Assembly: GCA_051531975.1 (NCBI GenBank)
Contig: JAOPTT010000001.1
Location: 179,720 to 243,719 of the forward strand
Direction: 5' to 3'
Origin: Spirochaetaceae bacterium
GTDB lineage: Bacteria; Spirochaetota; Spirochaetia; DSM-2461
Length of the DNA stretch: 64,000 nt
Under the pieces are notes generated by a model. That model was not told where the DNA came from, searched no databases, and saw only the letters and a list, made by a program, of their open reading frames with translations. A program made the position numbers and the translations under genes. Below are positions 9,771 through 20,133 of this stretch, in pieces (within the stretch, counting starts at the first letter, position 1; each line of letters starts with the position of its first letter).

Positions 9771-11690
9771 TTAAAATATTATGGTAAAAGTAGTACCTGT
9801 ATCTGGATTGCTTGAACAATCAACAGTACCTTGAAGTCTATTTATTACATTATTATATATTATATTGAGTCCTAATCCAATATGACCTTCAACTCGTTTA
9901 GTTGTAAAAAAAGGATCAAATATTTTATCTTGATGTTCTGGTAATATTCCAACTCCAGAATCATGATATGTTATTATTGTTTTGTCATTTTTTCTTGAAA
10001 TTACTAAATCGATGTACCCTTTATCACCTATAAAAGCATGTTCAATAGAGTTTATTATGAGGTTTGACATTATTTGAATTAAGGAATGTGGGTATGTTTC
10101 TAATGTTAAACTCTTTTCACAGAAATAATATATTTTAATCCCTAGAGGAACTTGTTGATCAATTATATCTGAAAAAAAGTCATGCAGATTTATATTAACT
10201 TTTTCTTCATGATATGACTCAACAGCAACTTTCTTAAAAGTATTAACAATATTTGCTGCTTTATTAAGATTGGCTAATGATAATTCAAGACTATTAATTA
10301 AACCTTCAATAAAATTATTTAGATCACTTTTACTTAGACTTTTATTAATAATTTTATAATCCAACTCTTTTGTCAATAAAATCTGATGTGATATTGATGT
10401 TATACCAATTCCAACAGGTGTATTTATTTCATGTGCAACTCCAGATACTAATGATCCTAAAAATGCCATATTTTTAGATTCAATAAGTTGATCTTGAGCA
10501 TAGTGTAAATCTTGTAACGAAGTACTTAATTCTTTTGTTCTATCATCTACTATCTCTTCTAAATGGTCTTTATAGTGAGTAAGTTTTAACTCTGTTTTTT
10601 TAGATTTAATTAAAACAAAAATAACACTAAACAGCACTACAATTAATAGTGATAAAATAAAAATTACCACCCATATTAACGTTTTATACTTAAAATAAAA
10701 TGATTCTGGAAAGTTTATTATTTTGGTATTATTAGTTTTATCAATATTAATATTAAACCGTTTAAGTTGATTGTAATCGAATATTATTTTTGTTGGAGTT
10801 TTATACTCTACAGGTACTTTATCGATATCTAATCCTTTTAAAACAGACAAACTAAGTTCAGCAGCTTCGTACCCCTGCTGATATCCTCCTATTAAATCTC
10901 CACCAATAATACCTTTGTTAAGATCAAAATCCCATGAGCCATATATTGGTACTTTTGCAACTTTTGAAATATCCTGTATAATATGGTCAAAATATACTCC
11001 ATTTCTATCCGTAAAAAATATTGTAAAAAGGATTATAGAATCTAAATTAATCTCTTCTACGACATTAACAAGTTCTTCTCCAGAAACATTAAAAACTAAT
11101 TGAATATCTATGTTTGCATATAATGGAGATATCTCTTTTACACTATTTTGTATTTTAATACCTGTAGTTGAATTATCAGTAATCACTATAATCTTTTTGA
11201 TTTTTGGATGATTTTTTGATATTAGTTCTATATTCCTTGAGATATTGCTCTCTTCATTTATTCCTGTGATATTTGAATACTTTGCAATTACAGTTTTGTT
11301 TATATAGTTTAATCCGCAGAAAACAATAGGTTTATTTGGAAATAGTTTAGATCTATTCTGCATTGCAAAATTAAATGCATCATCATCCGAGGTAATTATT
11401 AAATCGTAAGAATGTTTTGTAATTTTAACCTCTAATAAATTTGTTAATAGTGACTGATAATCTAAATCCCATTGTCTTTTTGAATCCATATATTCAATAT
11501 GTAATTCAATGCCTTCTTTTAAATAAGTTTCTGTTATTCCCCTGGTAATCTCATCAGTCCATAAAAACCCTTTATGATATGAATTTAATAATAATACTTT
11601 TTTATTGGTGACATCATCAGATGCTGAAAAGATTGAGACTTTAATTAAAAGTAATAGTGTTAATATTATCATTTTAGATACTTTATTCAC
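9771..11690 (-). CDS. Membrane sensor histidine kinase with ABC substrate-binding-type extracytoplasmic domain
   Basis: VLLLNSYH...YMDSKR sensor, TM helix, H-box VAHEINTP, N/G boxes (NSIEHAF, DSGVGI, GLGL). Confidence 0.9.
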   Translation of the reverse strand: MNKVSKMIILTLLLLIKVSIFSASDDVTNKKVLLLNSYHKGFLWTDEITRGITETYLKEGIELHIEYMDSKRQWDLDYQSLLTNLLEVKITKHSYDLIITSDDDAFNFAMQNRSKLFPNKPIVFCGLNYINKTVIAKYSNITGINEESNISRNIELISKNHPKIKKIIVITDNSTTGIKIQNSVKEISPLYANIDIQLVFNVSGEELVNVVEEINLDSIILFTIFFTDRNGVYFDHIIQDISKVAKVPIYGSWDFDLNKGIIGGDLIGGYQQGYEAAELSLSVLKGLDIDKVPVEYKTPTKIIFDYNQLKRFNINIDKTNNTKIINFPESFYFKYKTLIWVVIFILSLLIVVLFSVIFVLIKSKKTELKLTHYKDHLEEIVDDRTKELSTSLQDLHYAQDQLIESKNMAFLGSLVSGVAHEINTPVGIGITSISHQILLTKELDYKIINKSLSKSDLNNFIEGLINSLELSLANLNKAANIVNTFKKVAVESYHEEKVNINLHDFFSDIIDQQVPLGIKIYYFCEKSLTLETYPHSLIQIMSNLIINSIEHAFIGDKGYIDLVISRKNDKTIITYHDSGVGILPEHQDKIFDPFFTTKRVEGHIGLGLNIIYNNVINRLQGTVDCSSNPDTGTTFTIIF

Positions 11691-11840
11691 TATTAAACTA
11701 TATATACATATTCATCTTAATACAATTTTTTAGACTTTAATTCTTATTATAATTGTATCAACTCAATTATAGATCAAACAAAAATACATATATACTTGAA
11801 TTCGTTTCATAATAAATTACAATTAGTATGAGGTTATATT

Positions 11841-12959
11841 ATGAAAGAATTAAGAAAATTTGTTTGCCCTGAGTTTATTTTTGGTTCTGATGCTATAGAT
11901 TTAGCTGGTCAGTATTGTACAAACTGGTGTGCTAAAAAAGTTCTTCTTGTTTCTGATAAAATTGTTAAAAGTAAAGGCTGGGTAGATAAGGTTGTTAAAT
12001 CACTTGAAGCAGAATCTATCTTATACTCAGAATATTTAGAAGTTCAACCAAATCCAAGGGATTATAATTGCCATGATGGATTAAAAGTATATCATGAAAA
12101 CAATTGTGATGTAATTATTGCAGTTGGAGGTGGTAGTGTAATAGATGCAGCTAAAGGTATTGGAATACTTGTTAGTAACAAGGGTAATATTCTTGATTAT
12201 GAAGGTGTTGATAAAATTGAACATCCTATGCCTCCACTAATTTGTATACCTACAACGAGTGGTAGTTCTGCAGATGTTTCACAATTTGCAATAATTACAG
12301 CGTCAAAACAAAAACGTAAAATTGCTATAATTTCTAAGGCAGTAGTACCAGATTTATCTCTTGTTGACCCTAGAACACTACTTACAATGGATCGATCCCT
12401 TACAATTGCAACATGTCTTGATACTTTAACCCATGCAATAGAAGCTTATGTATCTTTAGCAAACTCATTTATGACAGACAGGCACGCTTTAGGTGCAATA
12501 GGGCTAGTAGGAAAATATTTACCACTACTGATGAAAGACATTGATAATTTGGAGTTAAGAACATATTTAATGCAGGCTTCACTAGAGGCTGGTTTAGCCT
12601 TTTCAAATGCAAGTTTAGGTCTTGTTCACGCAATGGCCCACGCTCTTGGCGGATTAAAAGATATGCCACATGGTGAGTGTAATGGAATTCTATTAAAAAA
12701 TGTTTGTAAATTTAATTATGACTCATGCCCAGAACGGTATGACCAGATAGCTAAAACATTAGGTTCGACAGACATTATTGATGCAATAGACAAATTAGTT
12801 AAGACTGTTGGTTTAGATCCACGGTTAGAACCTATAGGTTTAAGTAGAGAGGACTTTATCCCTCTAGCCCAGAATGCTTTAAACGACGCTTGTTTAGCAA
12901 CAAATCCCAAACCTGCAAATTTGGAGGATATAGTAGCAATTTATGAAGAAACATTCTGA
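11841..12959 (+). CDS. ercA: Iron-containing alcohol dehydrogenase, ErcA-like
   Basis: N-terminus LRKFVCPEFIFG, GGGS, Fe ligands DTLTH, GLVHAMAH, PHGECN; overlaps downstream kinase as in ercA-ercS. Confidence 0.8.
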   Translation: MKELRKFVCPEFIFGSDAIDLAGQYCTNWCAKKVLLVSDKIVKSKGWVDKVVKSLEAESILYSEYLEVQPNPRDYNCHDGLKVYHENNCDVIIAVGGGSVIDAAKGIGILVSNKGNILDYEGVDKIEHPMPPLICIPTTSGSSADVSQFAIITASKQKRKIAIISKAVVPDLSLVDPRTLLTMDRSLTIATCLDTLTHAIEAYVSLANSFMTDRHALGAIGLVGKYLPLLMKDIDNLELRTYLMQASLEAGLAFSNASLGLVHAMAHALGGLKDMPHGECNGILLKNVCKFNYDSCPERYDQIAKTLGSTDIIDAIDKLVKTVGLDPRLEPIGLSREDFIPLAQNALNDACLATNPKPANLEDIVAIYEETF

Positions 12960-14172
12960 TGATAAAGACTTTAACGATATACAAAATCAGATTATTGGAC
13001 TTGGAACTGGTAGCTTTAGAAAGAACTATTATACAGCTCTTAGAAAGTCCTATGGGGAACAGGAACGTTTTAGAAAGATAATTGATAGATTATCCGTATA
13101 TCTAATAATTCTAGATAGCGATTATAGAATTGTTGACTCTAACGGCGAAGCAGATACAAACCTAAATCTTCTAGATGAATATAATATATATAAAGATATA
13201 AAAGAGATATTACCAGATATATATTCTGATATATTTGTTCATAATAAGTCATATTCATTATGGGAAGGAGAAGAAGAAACCCAAGGTATTAGAGAGGTTC
13301 ACTGCGAAGAACTAGAAATTGACAATATAACATACTCTACTCTTGTTTTTCGTGATATAACCCATAGGATTAAAATAGAGCAGAGACTGGAAAAACTAGT
13401 CAGCGAAAGAACTAAAGAGATAAGAGAGGCCCAACAACAACTTGTATTTGCAGAGAAGATGGCTGCGCTTGGAGAATTAGTTGCTGGAGTATCCCACGAG
13501 ATAAATACTCCTATTGGAATAGGTGTTACCGCTGCTAGCCATATTAAGGTATTATCTGAAGAAATCCTTGAGGGGTTTAAAAATAAAACTTTAACAAAGG
13601 GGAATTTTGAATCAATACTAATGAAGTTAGATCAAAGTTCTGATCTTATATTATCCAACCTATTAAGAGCTGCCGAATTAGTTCAATCATTTAAAAAAGT
13701 TGCTGTGGATCAGCAAGTTCTCGATGTTAGAATGATAAATATTAAAGACTATTTAAATGATATAACTAGATCTTTACATACAAAATGGAAAGCCCATAGT
13801 TTAGAAATTATAGGTAATGATGAAACCTATATAATGACGATCCCAGGAGTGTGGAGTCAGATAATTAGTAACTTTATAATTAATTCAATAATACATGGTT
13901 TTACTGATACTGATAATGGAAAGATAGAGATTAGTTTCAAAAACAGTAGCAGCAGCTTTGTATTAAATTATACAGATAATGGAGTAGGAATTGGTAATGT
14001 AAATCCTGATAAAATCTTTGAACCGTTTTATACAACAAAAAAAGAGAGTGGCGGGAATGGTCTTGGCATGCATATAGTATATAACCTTGTGGTCAAATCT
14101 CTTAAAGGTAAAATAGAATATATAAAACTTCCTCATCGAGGTATATCATTCCGTATAACAATCCCGAACTAA
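12943..14172 (+). CDS. Cytoplasmic PAS histidine kinase, ErcS-like N-terminus, no receiver domain
   Basis: N-terminal IIGLGTGSFRKNYY peptide, PAS-like segment, H-box VSHEINTP, DNGVGI, GNGLG. Confidence 0.85.
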   Translation: MKKHSDDKDFNDIQNQIIGLGTGSFRKNYYTALRKSYGEQERFRKIIDRLSVYLIILDSDYRIVDSNGEADTNLNLLDEYNIYKDIKEILPDIYSDIFVHNKSYSLWEGEEETQGIREVHCEELEIDNITYSTLVFRDITHRIKIEQRLEKLVSERTKEIREAQQQLVFAEKMAALGELVAGVSHEINTPIGIGVTAASHIKVLSEEILEGFKNKTLTKGNFESILMKLDQSSDLILSNLLRAAELVQSFKKVAVDQQVLDVRMINIKDYLNDITRSLHTKWKAHSLEIIGNDETYIMTIPGVWSQIISNFIINSIIHGFTDTDNGKIEISFKNSSSSFVLNYTDNGVGIGNVNPDKIFEPFYTTKKESGGNGLGMHIVYNLVVKSLKGKIEYIKLPHRGISFRITIPN

Positions 14173-14235
14173 TAACCACAATATACAGGCTTTTCCAAAC
14201 TTTATGTATAAGAAATCTAAAATATAAAGATTTTC

Positions 14236-14264
14236 TTGCCAAGCAAGCGCTTGCATGTTATATT
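14236..14264 (+). promoter_or_regulatory. Extended -10 sigma70 promoter with palindromic operator in the spacer
   Basis: TTGCCA, 17 bp, TGt-TATATT; perfect palindrome GCAAGCGCTTGC at 14243-14254. Confidence 0.6.
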
Positions 14265-14320
14265 TTTCACAACTAGTCTTAGTTAAATCTTTTTAAATCA
14301 AAAATCAGGAGCACGTAAAA

Positions 14321-15580
14321 ATGAAAAAGTTCACACTAACAACCAGAATTCTATTAGCATTAGGAATTGGTCTTCTACTAGGTATTATCTTATACCCTTT
14401 TAGAGAAGTCCCATTTATTGATAACTATGTATTAGGATTCTTCTTTACATTAACTGGAAAACTATTTGTATCTTCAATTAAAATGATGGTTGTACCTTTA
14501 GTATTTGTATCCCTTACATGTGGATCCGCATCCATGGGTGATGTTAGAAAACTTGGAAGAATTGGAACAAAAACCTTAGTCTTTTATCTTTTAACTACAG
14601 CTGTAGCAATAACTATAGCTATTATCTTAGCGTCTATAGTAGGACCAGGAGTTGGTTTTAATGTACCTTCAGAAGAGTTAACTTTTGTAGCTAAAGATAA
14701 ACCACAATTATTAAATGTAATAATAAATATGGTTCCAACAAACCCATTTAAAGCATTAAGCAGTGGTAACATGTTACAAATTATTGTTTTCTCAATTTTG
14801 TTAGGTACAAGTTTAACAATTTTAGGCGAAAAAGCACAAAAAGTAACGGACCTATTTACACAATTAAACGAAGTTGTTTTAAAACTAGTAGAAATGGTTA
14901 TGACAGTTGCACCTATAGGTGTTTTTGCATTAATAACTAAAACATTTGCATCGTTAGGTTACTCTGCAATGTTACCACTTTTAAAATATATGTTATGTAT
15001 TATGGGAGCCCTACTATTACATGCGCTTATTACATACCAAAGTGTTTTTGTTCTATTTACAAAGCTTAGTCCTGTTAAGTTTATCAAAAACTTTGCACCA
15101 GCAATAGCTACTGCATTTTCAACTTCTAGTAGTAATGCAACTCTACCTGTAACTATTGAGACCTGTGAAGAGAGATTAGGGGTTTCTAAAAAGTTAGCTT
15201 CTTTCACACTTCCACTAGGTGCAACAATAAACATGGATGGAACTGCAATTATGCAAGGTGTTGCAACTGTATTTATAGCTCAAGCTTACATGATCGATTT
15301 ATCAATTGCTGACTTCTTAACAGTTATTATAACTGCTACATTAGCATCGATAGGTACTGCTGGAGTTCCAGGTGTTGGTCTTATTATGTTATCTATGGTA
15401 TTAACTCAAGTTGGTCTTCCTGTAGAAGCAATTGCAATTATTATGGGTATTGATAGAATACTTGATATGAGTAGAACTGCTATAAATATCTGTGGTGATG
15501 CTATTTGTACAACAATTATAGCAAAACAAGAAGGTGAATTAGACGAATCGATTTTTAAAGCTAAAAATCACTCTTTCTAA
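14321..15580 (+). CDS. Dicarboxylate/amino acid:cation symporter (DAACS, GltP-like)
   Basis: AFSTSSSNATLP, PLGATINMDGTA, ASIGTAGVPG, DRILDMSRT. Confidence 0.95.
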   Translation: MKKFTLTTRILLALGIGLLLGIILYPFREVPFIDNYVLGFFFTLTGKLFVSSIKMMVVPLVFVSLTCGSASMGDVRKLGRIGTKTLVFYLLTTAVAITIAIILASIVGPGVGFNVPSEELTFVAKDKPQLLNVIINMVPTNPFKALSSGNMLQIIVFSILLGTSLTILGEKAQKVTDLFTQLNEVVLKLVEMVMTVAPIGVFALITKTFASLGYSAMLPLLKYMLCIMGALLLHALITYQSVFVLFTKLSPVKFIKNFAPAIATAFSTSSSNATLPVTIETCEERLGVSKKLASFTLPLGATINMDGTAIMQGVATVFIAQAYMIDLSIADFLTVIITATLASIGTAGVPGVGLIMLSMVLTQVGLPVEAIAIIMGIDRILDMSRTAINICGDAICTTIIAKQEGELDESIFKAKNHSF

Positions 15581-15587
15581 TATAAAA

Positions 15588-15624
15588 ATATTAACCATTA
15601 CTAATTAAACGTAATGGTTAATAT
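15588..15624. terminator. Bidirectional terminator-like hairpin
   Basis: ATATTAACCATTAC...GTAATGGTTAATAT 14-bp stem between convergent genes. Confidence 0.7.
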
Positions 15625-15635
15625 ATCTTTAATTA

Positions 15636-16829
15636 TTATCGTTTCCTACGACCTTGTCTATTCTCTGGAAGTTCAGTAACTAACTCACCATTTATTGTAA
15701 CATCACCTTTAACTAGTTCTGCAGTTCCATCGGCATCAAATGAAGATCCCCCTTCAAAATCGATGGTACCTCCATAGATATATAGATCACCATTTGAATC
15801 AAATCCATCTGTATCCCCACTTGCCATTTTAATAGAAATATCTCCACCATATACTTCAATCAATACATCCATAGGGCTTTTTGCTGTTGCATTTATACCA
15901 TCATCAGTTGCATAGATTTTAATGGTACCGCCATTAATCAATATTTGAGTAGCTTCTATACCTTCTTGGCATGTTTCGATATTTATATTTCCACCATCAA
16001 TCTGGATAAAACTAGTTCCTCTTATAGCGTCGTCTGCGGCTATAATATTCAATACTCCATTTTGCATATAAATATAACCTAATAGAGGATCATTGTCATT
16101 TTCACTATGCAGAGCATCAGCCCCTGATTTAATAGATATATTACCATTGTAAATACGGATTGAATCATTAGCTTCTAATCCATCTAAAGAGGAATCTATA
16201 TTAAGAGTTCCACCAGTTATTTTTAGATCATCTTTAGATGAAATTCCATTTCCATATTTTGATAAAATATCTAAAGCACCAATTCCATTTAATACTAGAT
16301 CTGATTTTGAAAATATAACAGCATCTAGATTTACTTCATTATTAGATCTGTATTTACCTGTAACAGAGAGAGTACTGTTACCACTTAAAGTAGTTATATA
16401 TACCTTATCAGCAGATTTTACATAAATAGTAGGTATATCCTTATTAATAATAGTTAGATTATCTAGAATTAATTGTACTTTTGCATTATCTGGGACATCT
16501 ATGACTATAAAAGTATCAACAACATCACCTTCTAATATATATAAACCTTCTTCCTCTATCAAAATCTCTGAACCATCTTTTAGCAACATTCTAGTTGCAT
16601 CAGTAAGATCTGGGTTCTGTATTAGGTCCCGATCTGTAAATAACGTCCCTTGTTCAATTATTGAATTCTCAAACTCTGTGATCTCTAATACTTCAGCTAT
16701 TATCGATTCTTTAAGAGAAACTACTACTTTTTCCGATGCATTTTTACCAATGACTTCTGATTTACAACTTTCTATTGAAAAAATTAATAATCCGGTGAAA
16801 ATATAGTATTGCAATTTGTTTAATTTCAT
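15636..16829 (-). CDS. Cthe_2159/DUF4353-type beta-helix carbohydrate-binding lipoprotein
   Basis: Lipobox SIESC; repeats GISSKDDLKITGG, DGLEANDSI, DDGINA, DGFDSNG. Confidence 0.85.
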   Translation of the reverse strand: MKLNKLQYYIFTGLLIFSIESCKSEVIGKNASEKVVVSLKESIIAEVLEITEFENSIIEQGTLFTDRDLIQNPDLTDATRMLLKDGSEILIEEEGLYILEGDVVDTFIVIDVPDNAKVQLILDNLTIINKDIPTIYVKSADKVYITTLSGNSTLSVTGKYRSNNEVNLDAVIFSKSDLVLNGIGALDILSKYGNGISSKDDLKITGGTLNIDSSLDGLEANDSIRIYNGNISIKSGADALHSENDNDPLLGYIYMQNGVLNIIAADDAIRGTSFIQIDGGNINIETCQEGIEATQILINGGTIKIYATDDGINATAKSPMDVLIEVYGGDISIKMASGDTDGFDSNGDLYIYGGTIDFEGGSSFDADGTAELVKGDVTINGELVTELPENRQGRRKR

Positions 16830-17025
16830 TTTATGTCCTTACTCTTATATTTAATAATACAAAATATAGGATTAATATATGAACGAATTGTGAACAAAAG
16901 ATAAAGTTTTATCATTCATTCCTATAGATAAATTCAGTATGCGTATATTCATAACCTATTTTTTGTAAAATGTGGATCATAACACTGTTAGTTTGGTGAG
17001 TATCAATATTTTTTGTTCTTGCATA

Positions 17026-17973
17026 TTAAACCTCAATTTCAAAGTGCTTAAATATTCGTAAAGCTCTTAGTGTATTCCATCTACTTGGTTTACCTGCATC
17101 TTCCATTTTAAAGTGAACCTGTCCAGGATATGGAGCATTAACTTTCCAGAGTCCATCTTTGTTTCTTTTACCTTTTAAGATCTCTATTGCATTATCCATT
17201 CTTATATCCAAAGATTTACCTGAATAACAAAAATAATCTAATGCTCTTAGAATGTCATATCTCCATCTACATGGATAAGGTATTTTAATAAAATTTTTAC
17301 TAATGATCTTTCCTGTTTTATCTGAAAGATATAACTGGTGTTGAAGGATAAACTCCTCAGACATCTCTCTAACACTATTTATCTCTTCAGTTCTATAATC
17401 AATCCCAGTTTTCTGAAATTCATATAATCCTTCAAGCACAGAAATAGTAGTATGTAAGGAGCTATGTGTTGCTCCACTTCTAGTTGTCCTGCAATTAAAG
17501 CCACCATCTGGCATTATTTCCTTTAAAATACTATCAACAACTGAAAAGAGTTTTTTATCTTCAGATTTAAAATAAGAGGCATAGTTTAAAACCATACCAT
17601 TTACACAAATATCACTATATTCAGTAGTTGAAGGACCTAATTTAATTCCACCATCCTCTGCTTTTAAAGTATCTAATACCATATTTATTGTCTCTTTTAT
17701 AATAACATTCTCTTGTCTTAAGTTTAAGTTTCGAAGATCTAGTAAAGTATAATGAGTTGATATCCATTTAGGCTGATAAAAGTCACTTCCCCAGTGTAAG
17801 TTTGACTTTCTTTTTGATAGATAACTTCTGCCCCACCCTTTTATTTCAATTATTTTTTGGATATCTTTTTTATCTATTCCTAATAAATCACGATAGACTT
17901 GATACTGAATAGAAACATCACCTTCAAGTAACCATTTCATAATTTTATTATCCAACTCTATACTATTCAACAT
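17026..17973 (-). CDS. Prenyltransferase/squalene-cyclase-like uncharacterised protein
   Basis: WLLEGDVSIQYQ, YQPKWISTHYTL, DGGFNC, YDILRALDY, PSRWNTLRAL. Confidence 0.7.
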   Translation of the reverse strand: MLNSIELDNKIMKWLLEGDVSIQYQVYRDLLGIDKKDIQKIIEIKGWGRSYLSKRKSNLHWGSDFYQPKWISTHYTLLDLRNLNLRQENVIIKETINMVLDTLKAEDGGIKLGPSTTEYSDICVNGMVLNYASYFKSEDKKLFSVVDSILKEIMPDGGFNCRTTRSGATHSSLHTTISVLEGLYEFQKTGIDYRTEEINSVREMSEEFILQHQLYLSDKTGKIISKNFIKIPYPCRWRYDILRALDYFCYSGKSLDIRMDNAIEILKGKRNKDGLWKVNAPYPGQVHFKMEDAGKPSRWNTLRALRIFKHFEIEV

Positions 17974-18106
17974 GTTATAATTATAGCAGAGTTCTTATTT
18001 TTTGCTCTGATATTTATCATAGATACCATAAATTTATATTTTGTACTTATAATCGTGGAGTTACACCATCAAACCATATGGTTGTTGACGACTAGTACTT
18101 CTTCTT

Positions 18107-19024
18107 TTATGTTTTCTTCCGTAAACCGTTTCTAAGTATTTGTTCCGCTTCTTCTAAACTAAAGATATTAGAATCAATTAATTGGGTAAACTGCTCAGAT
18201 ATTGATTTATTAAATAGCAGAAGATCATCGGTATTAACGGTTACATCAATTCCAAAATCAAAAAGCTTTTTAATTGGATGGTTAAAAATATCTGTAGTGG
18301 CTCCCAATTGCCTATTACTTTCAGGGCATATGTTTAATGTGATATCTCTCTCTAAAATCATAGCCATTGTTTGTTCTGAATCAACAGCCCGTATTCCATG
18401 TTCAATTTCATCTGGATTAAATAGATTAATAGCTGTTTCAATTGTATTACAATCAGAAAACTCACCTATGTGTACTTTTTTAAGTAATCCTTTTTGTTCA
18501 GCGTAATCAAACTGTGGAACAAATCTACTTATATCCTGTGATAGTTCGACTCCATACAGATCAATGCCATAAAAGACTCCACTATCAATACATTTGCTAT
18601 ATAGAGTATCAAGTTCTTCAGTCCCAATCTTTTTATTAATTCCGAGAATAGGGAAAAAGATACCAGCATATTTAGTAGTTAAAGATCTTATCATATTACA
18701 AAATAATTCAGCTGACCCTCCGTAAAATTTACAAAGTGTAATATCAATACTTGCTTCTAAAATCTTAACATTATCCTCTATTGCAGCTTCTATGCCTCCC
18801 AAAATAAATAATTCTAAAGCGTACTGATTATTCATAATTGGATTAATTTTATTGTTAATAAAATCTATCATTCCAGGAAGTCCTCTATATTCTGTAGGGA
18901 ATACAAGATTAGATTCTGGAAAGTACCTATTCAATTTTTGCCTAGAAATACCTAAAGTTAGATGATTATGTAAATCTGCTTTAGGTATAGATTTTAGGTA
19001 TTGTAATAGATCTTCTTTCTTCAT
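18107..19024 (-). CDS. Adenosine/adenine deaminase family amidohydrolase
   Basis: PKADLHNHL, HIGE, EIEHG, CPESN, VNTDD. Confidence 0.9.
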   Translation of the reverse strand: MKKEDLLQYLKSIPKADLHNHLTLGISRQKLNRYFPESNLVFPTEYRGLPGMIDFINNKINPIMNNQYALELFILGGIEAAIEDNVKILEASIDITLCKFYGGSAELFCNMIRSLTTKYAGIFFPILGINKKIGTEELDTLYSKCIDSGVFYGIDLYGVELSQDISRFVPQFDYAEQKGLLKKVHIGEFSDCNTIETAINLFNPDEIEHGIRAVDSEQTMAMILERDITLNICPESNRQLGATTDIFNHPIKKLFDFGIDVTVNTDDLLLFNKSISEQFTQLIDSNIFSLEEAEQILRNGLRKKT

Positions 19025-20079
19025 TTAATATCCTTTAATAAATATACTTTAAAGTTTTTTTTGGAATTTACTGCAAACTTCACCAAACTTAACATAATTG
19101 GAACCTCAACTAATACTCCAACAACTGTTACTAATGTTGCTCCAGATGATAATCCAAATAAACTAATAGAAACAGCAACTGCTAATTCAAAAAAGTTTGA
19201 AGCCCCGATCATTGCCGAGGGTGCAGCTATCTCATATGGCACCTTTAGAAGTTTTGAGATACTAAATCCTAAAAAGAAAATAAAGTAAGTTTGTAGTGTA
19301 AGTGGTATAGCTATTAAAACAATAGCAAAAGGATTTGATAGTATAGTTTCCCCTTGGAATGAGAAAATGATTATTAAAGTTAATAAAAGACCTATCTCTG
19401 TAATTCCTTCAAACTTTTTACAAAATATATCATTAAACCAATTTAGCCCATATTTATTAATCAATATGGTTCTTGATAAAAAACCAAAAAATAGTGGTAT
19501 AACTACAAAAAGAAATACAGATAAAAAGAGTGTATTTAATGGTATAAGAATATCAGTAACTCCTAATAACAGAGCTACTATTGGAATAAATGCAACTAAT
19601 ATTACTAAGTCATTTATAGCAACCTGAACTACAGTATAACTTGGATCACCATCAGATAAATAACTCCAAACAAAAACCATTGCAGTACATGGTGCTGCAC
19701 CTAAAAGAACTGCTCCAGCGACATACTCTTTTGCAATGTCTACTGGTATAAAAATGCTAAATACCACATTAATAAAAAATGAAGCTATTAAATACATTGT
19801 AAAAGGTTTTATTAACCAATTTATTATTAGGGTTATAACAAGACCTTTTGGCTTTTTACTAGCGCTAACAATACTTTTAAAATCTACTTTAAGCATCATA
19901 GGGTATATCATTATCCATATTAAAATAGCAACTGGTAATGAGACATTAGAGTATTCAAACTTTTGTAAAGTAATAGGCACAATAGGTAAAAAGACCCCAA
20001 TACACACACCTACAATAATACATAAGACTACCCAAAATGATAGATATTTAGCAAAAGCTCCCAATTTTTTTTCAGACAT
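19021..20079 (-). CDS. acr3: ACR3 family arsenite efflux transporter
   Basis: MIYPMM, NWLIKPF, GAAPCTAMVFVW, GASNFFELAVA, VGVLVEVP. Confidence 0.95.
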   Translation of the reverse strand: MSEKKLGAFAKYLSFWVVLCIIVGVCIGVFLPIVPITLQKFEYSNVSLPVAILIWIMIYPMMLKVDFKSIVSASKKPKGLVITLIINWLIKPFTMYLIASFFINVVFSIFIPVDIAKEYVAGAVLLGAAPCTAMVFVWSYLSDGDPSYTVVQVAINDLVILVAFIPIVALLLGVTDILIPLNTLFLSVFLFVVIPLFFGFLSRTILINKYGLNWFNDIFCKKFEGITEIGLLLTLIIIFSFQGETILSNPFAIVLIAIPLTLQTYFIFFLGFSISKLLKVPYEIAAPSAMIGASNFFELAVAVSISLFGLSSGATLVTVVGVLVEVPIMLSLVKFAVNSKKNFKVYLLKDIK

Positions 20080-20133
20080 ACTTTCCTCCTATATTGTAAA
20101 TATTAGCTTCAATGTTTTATTGTAATATAGGAC

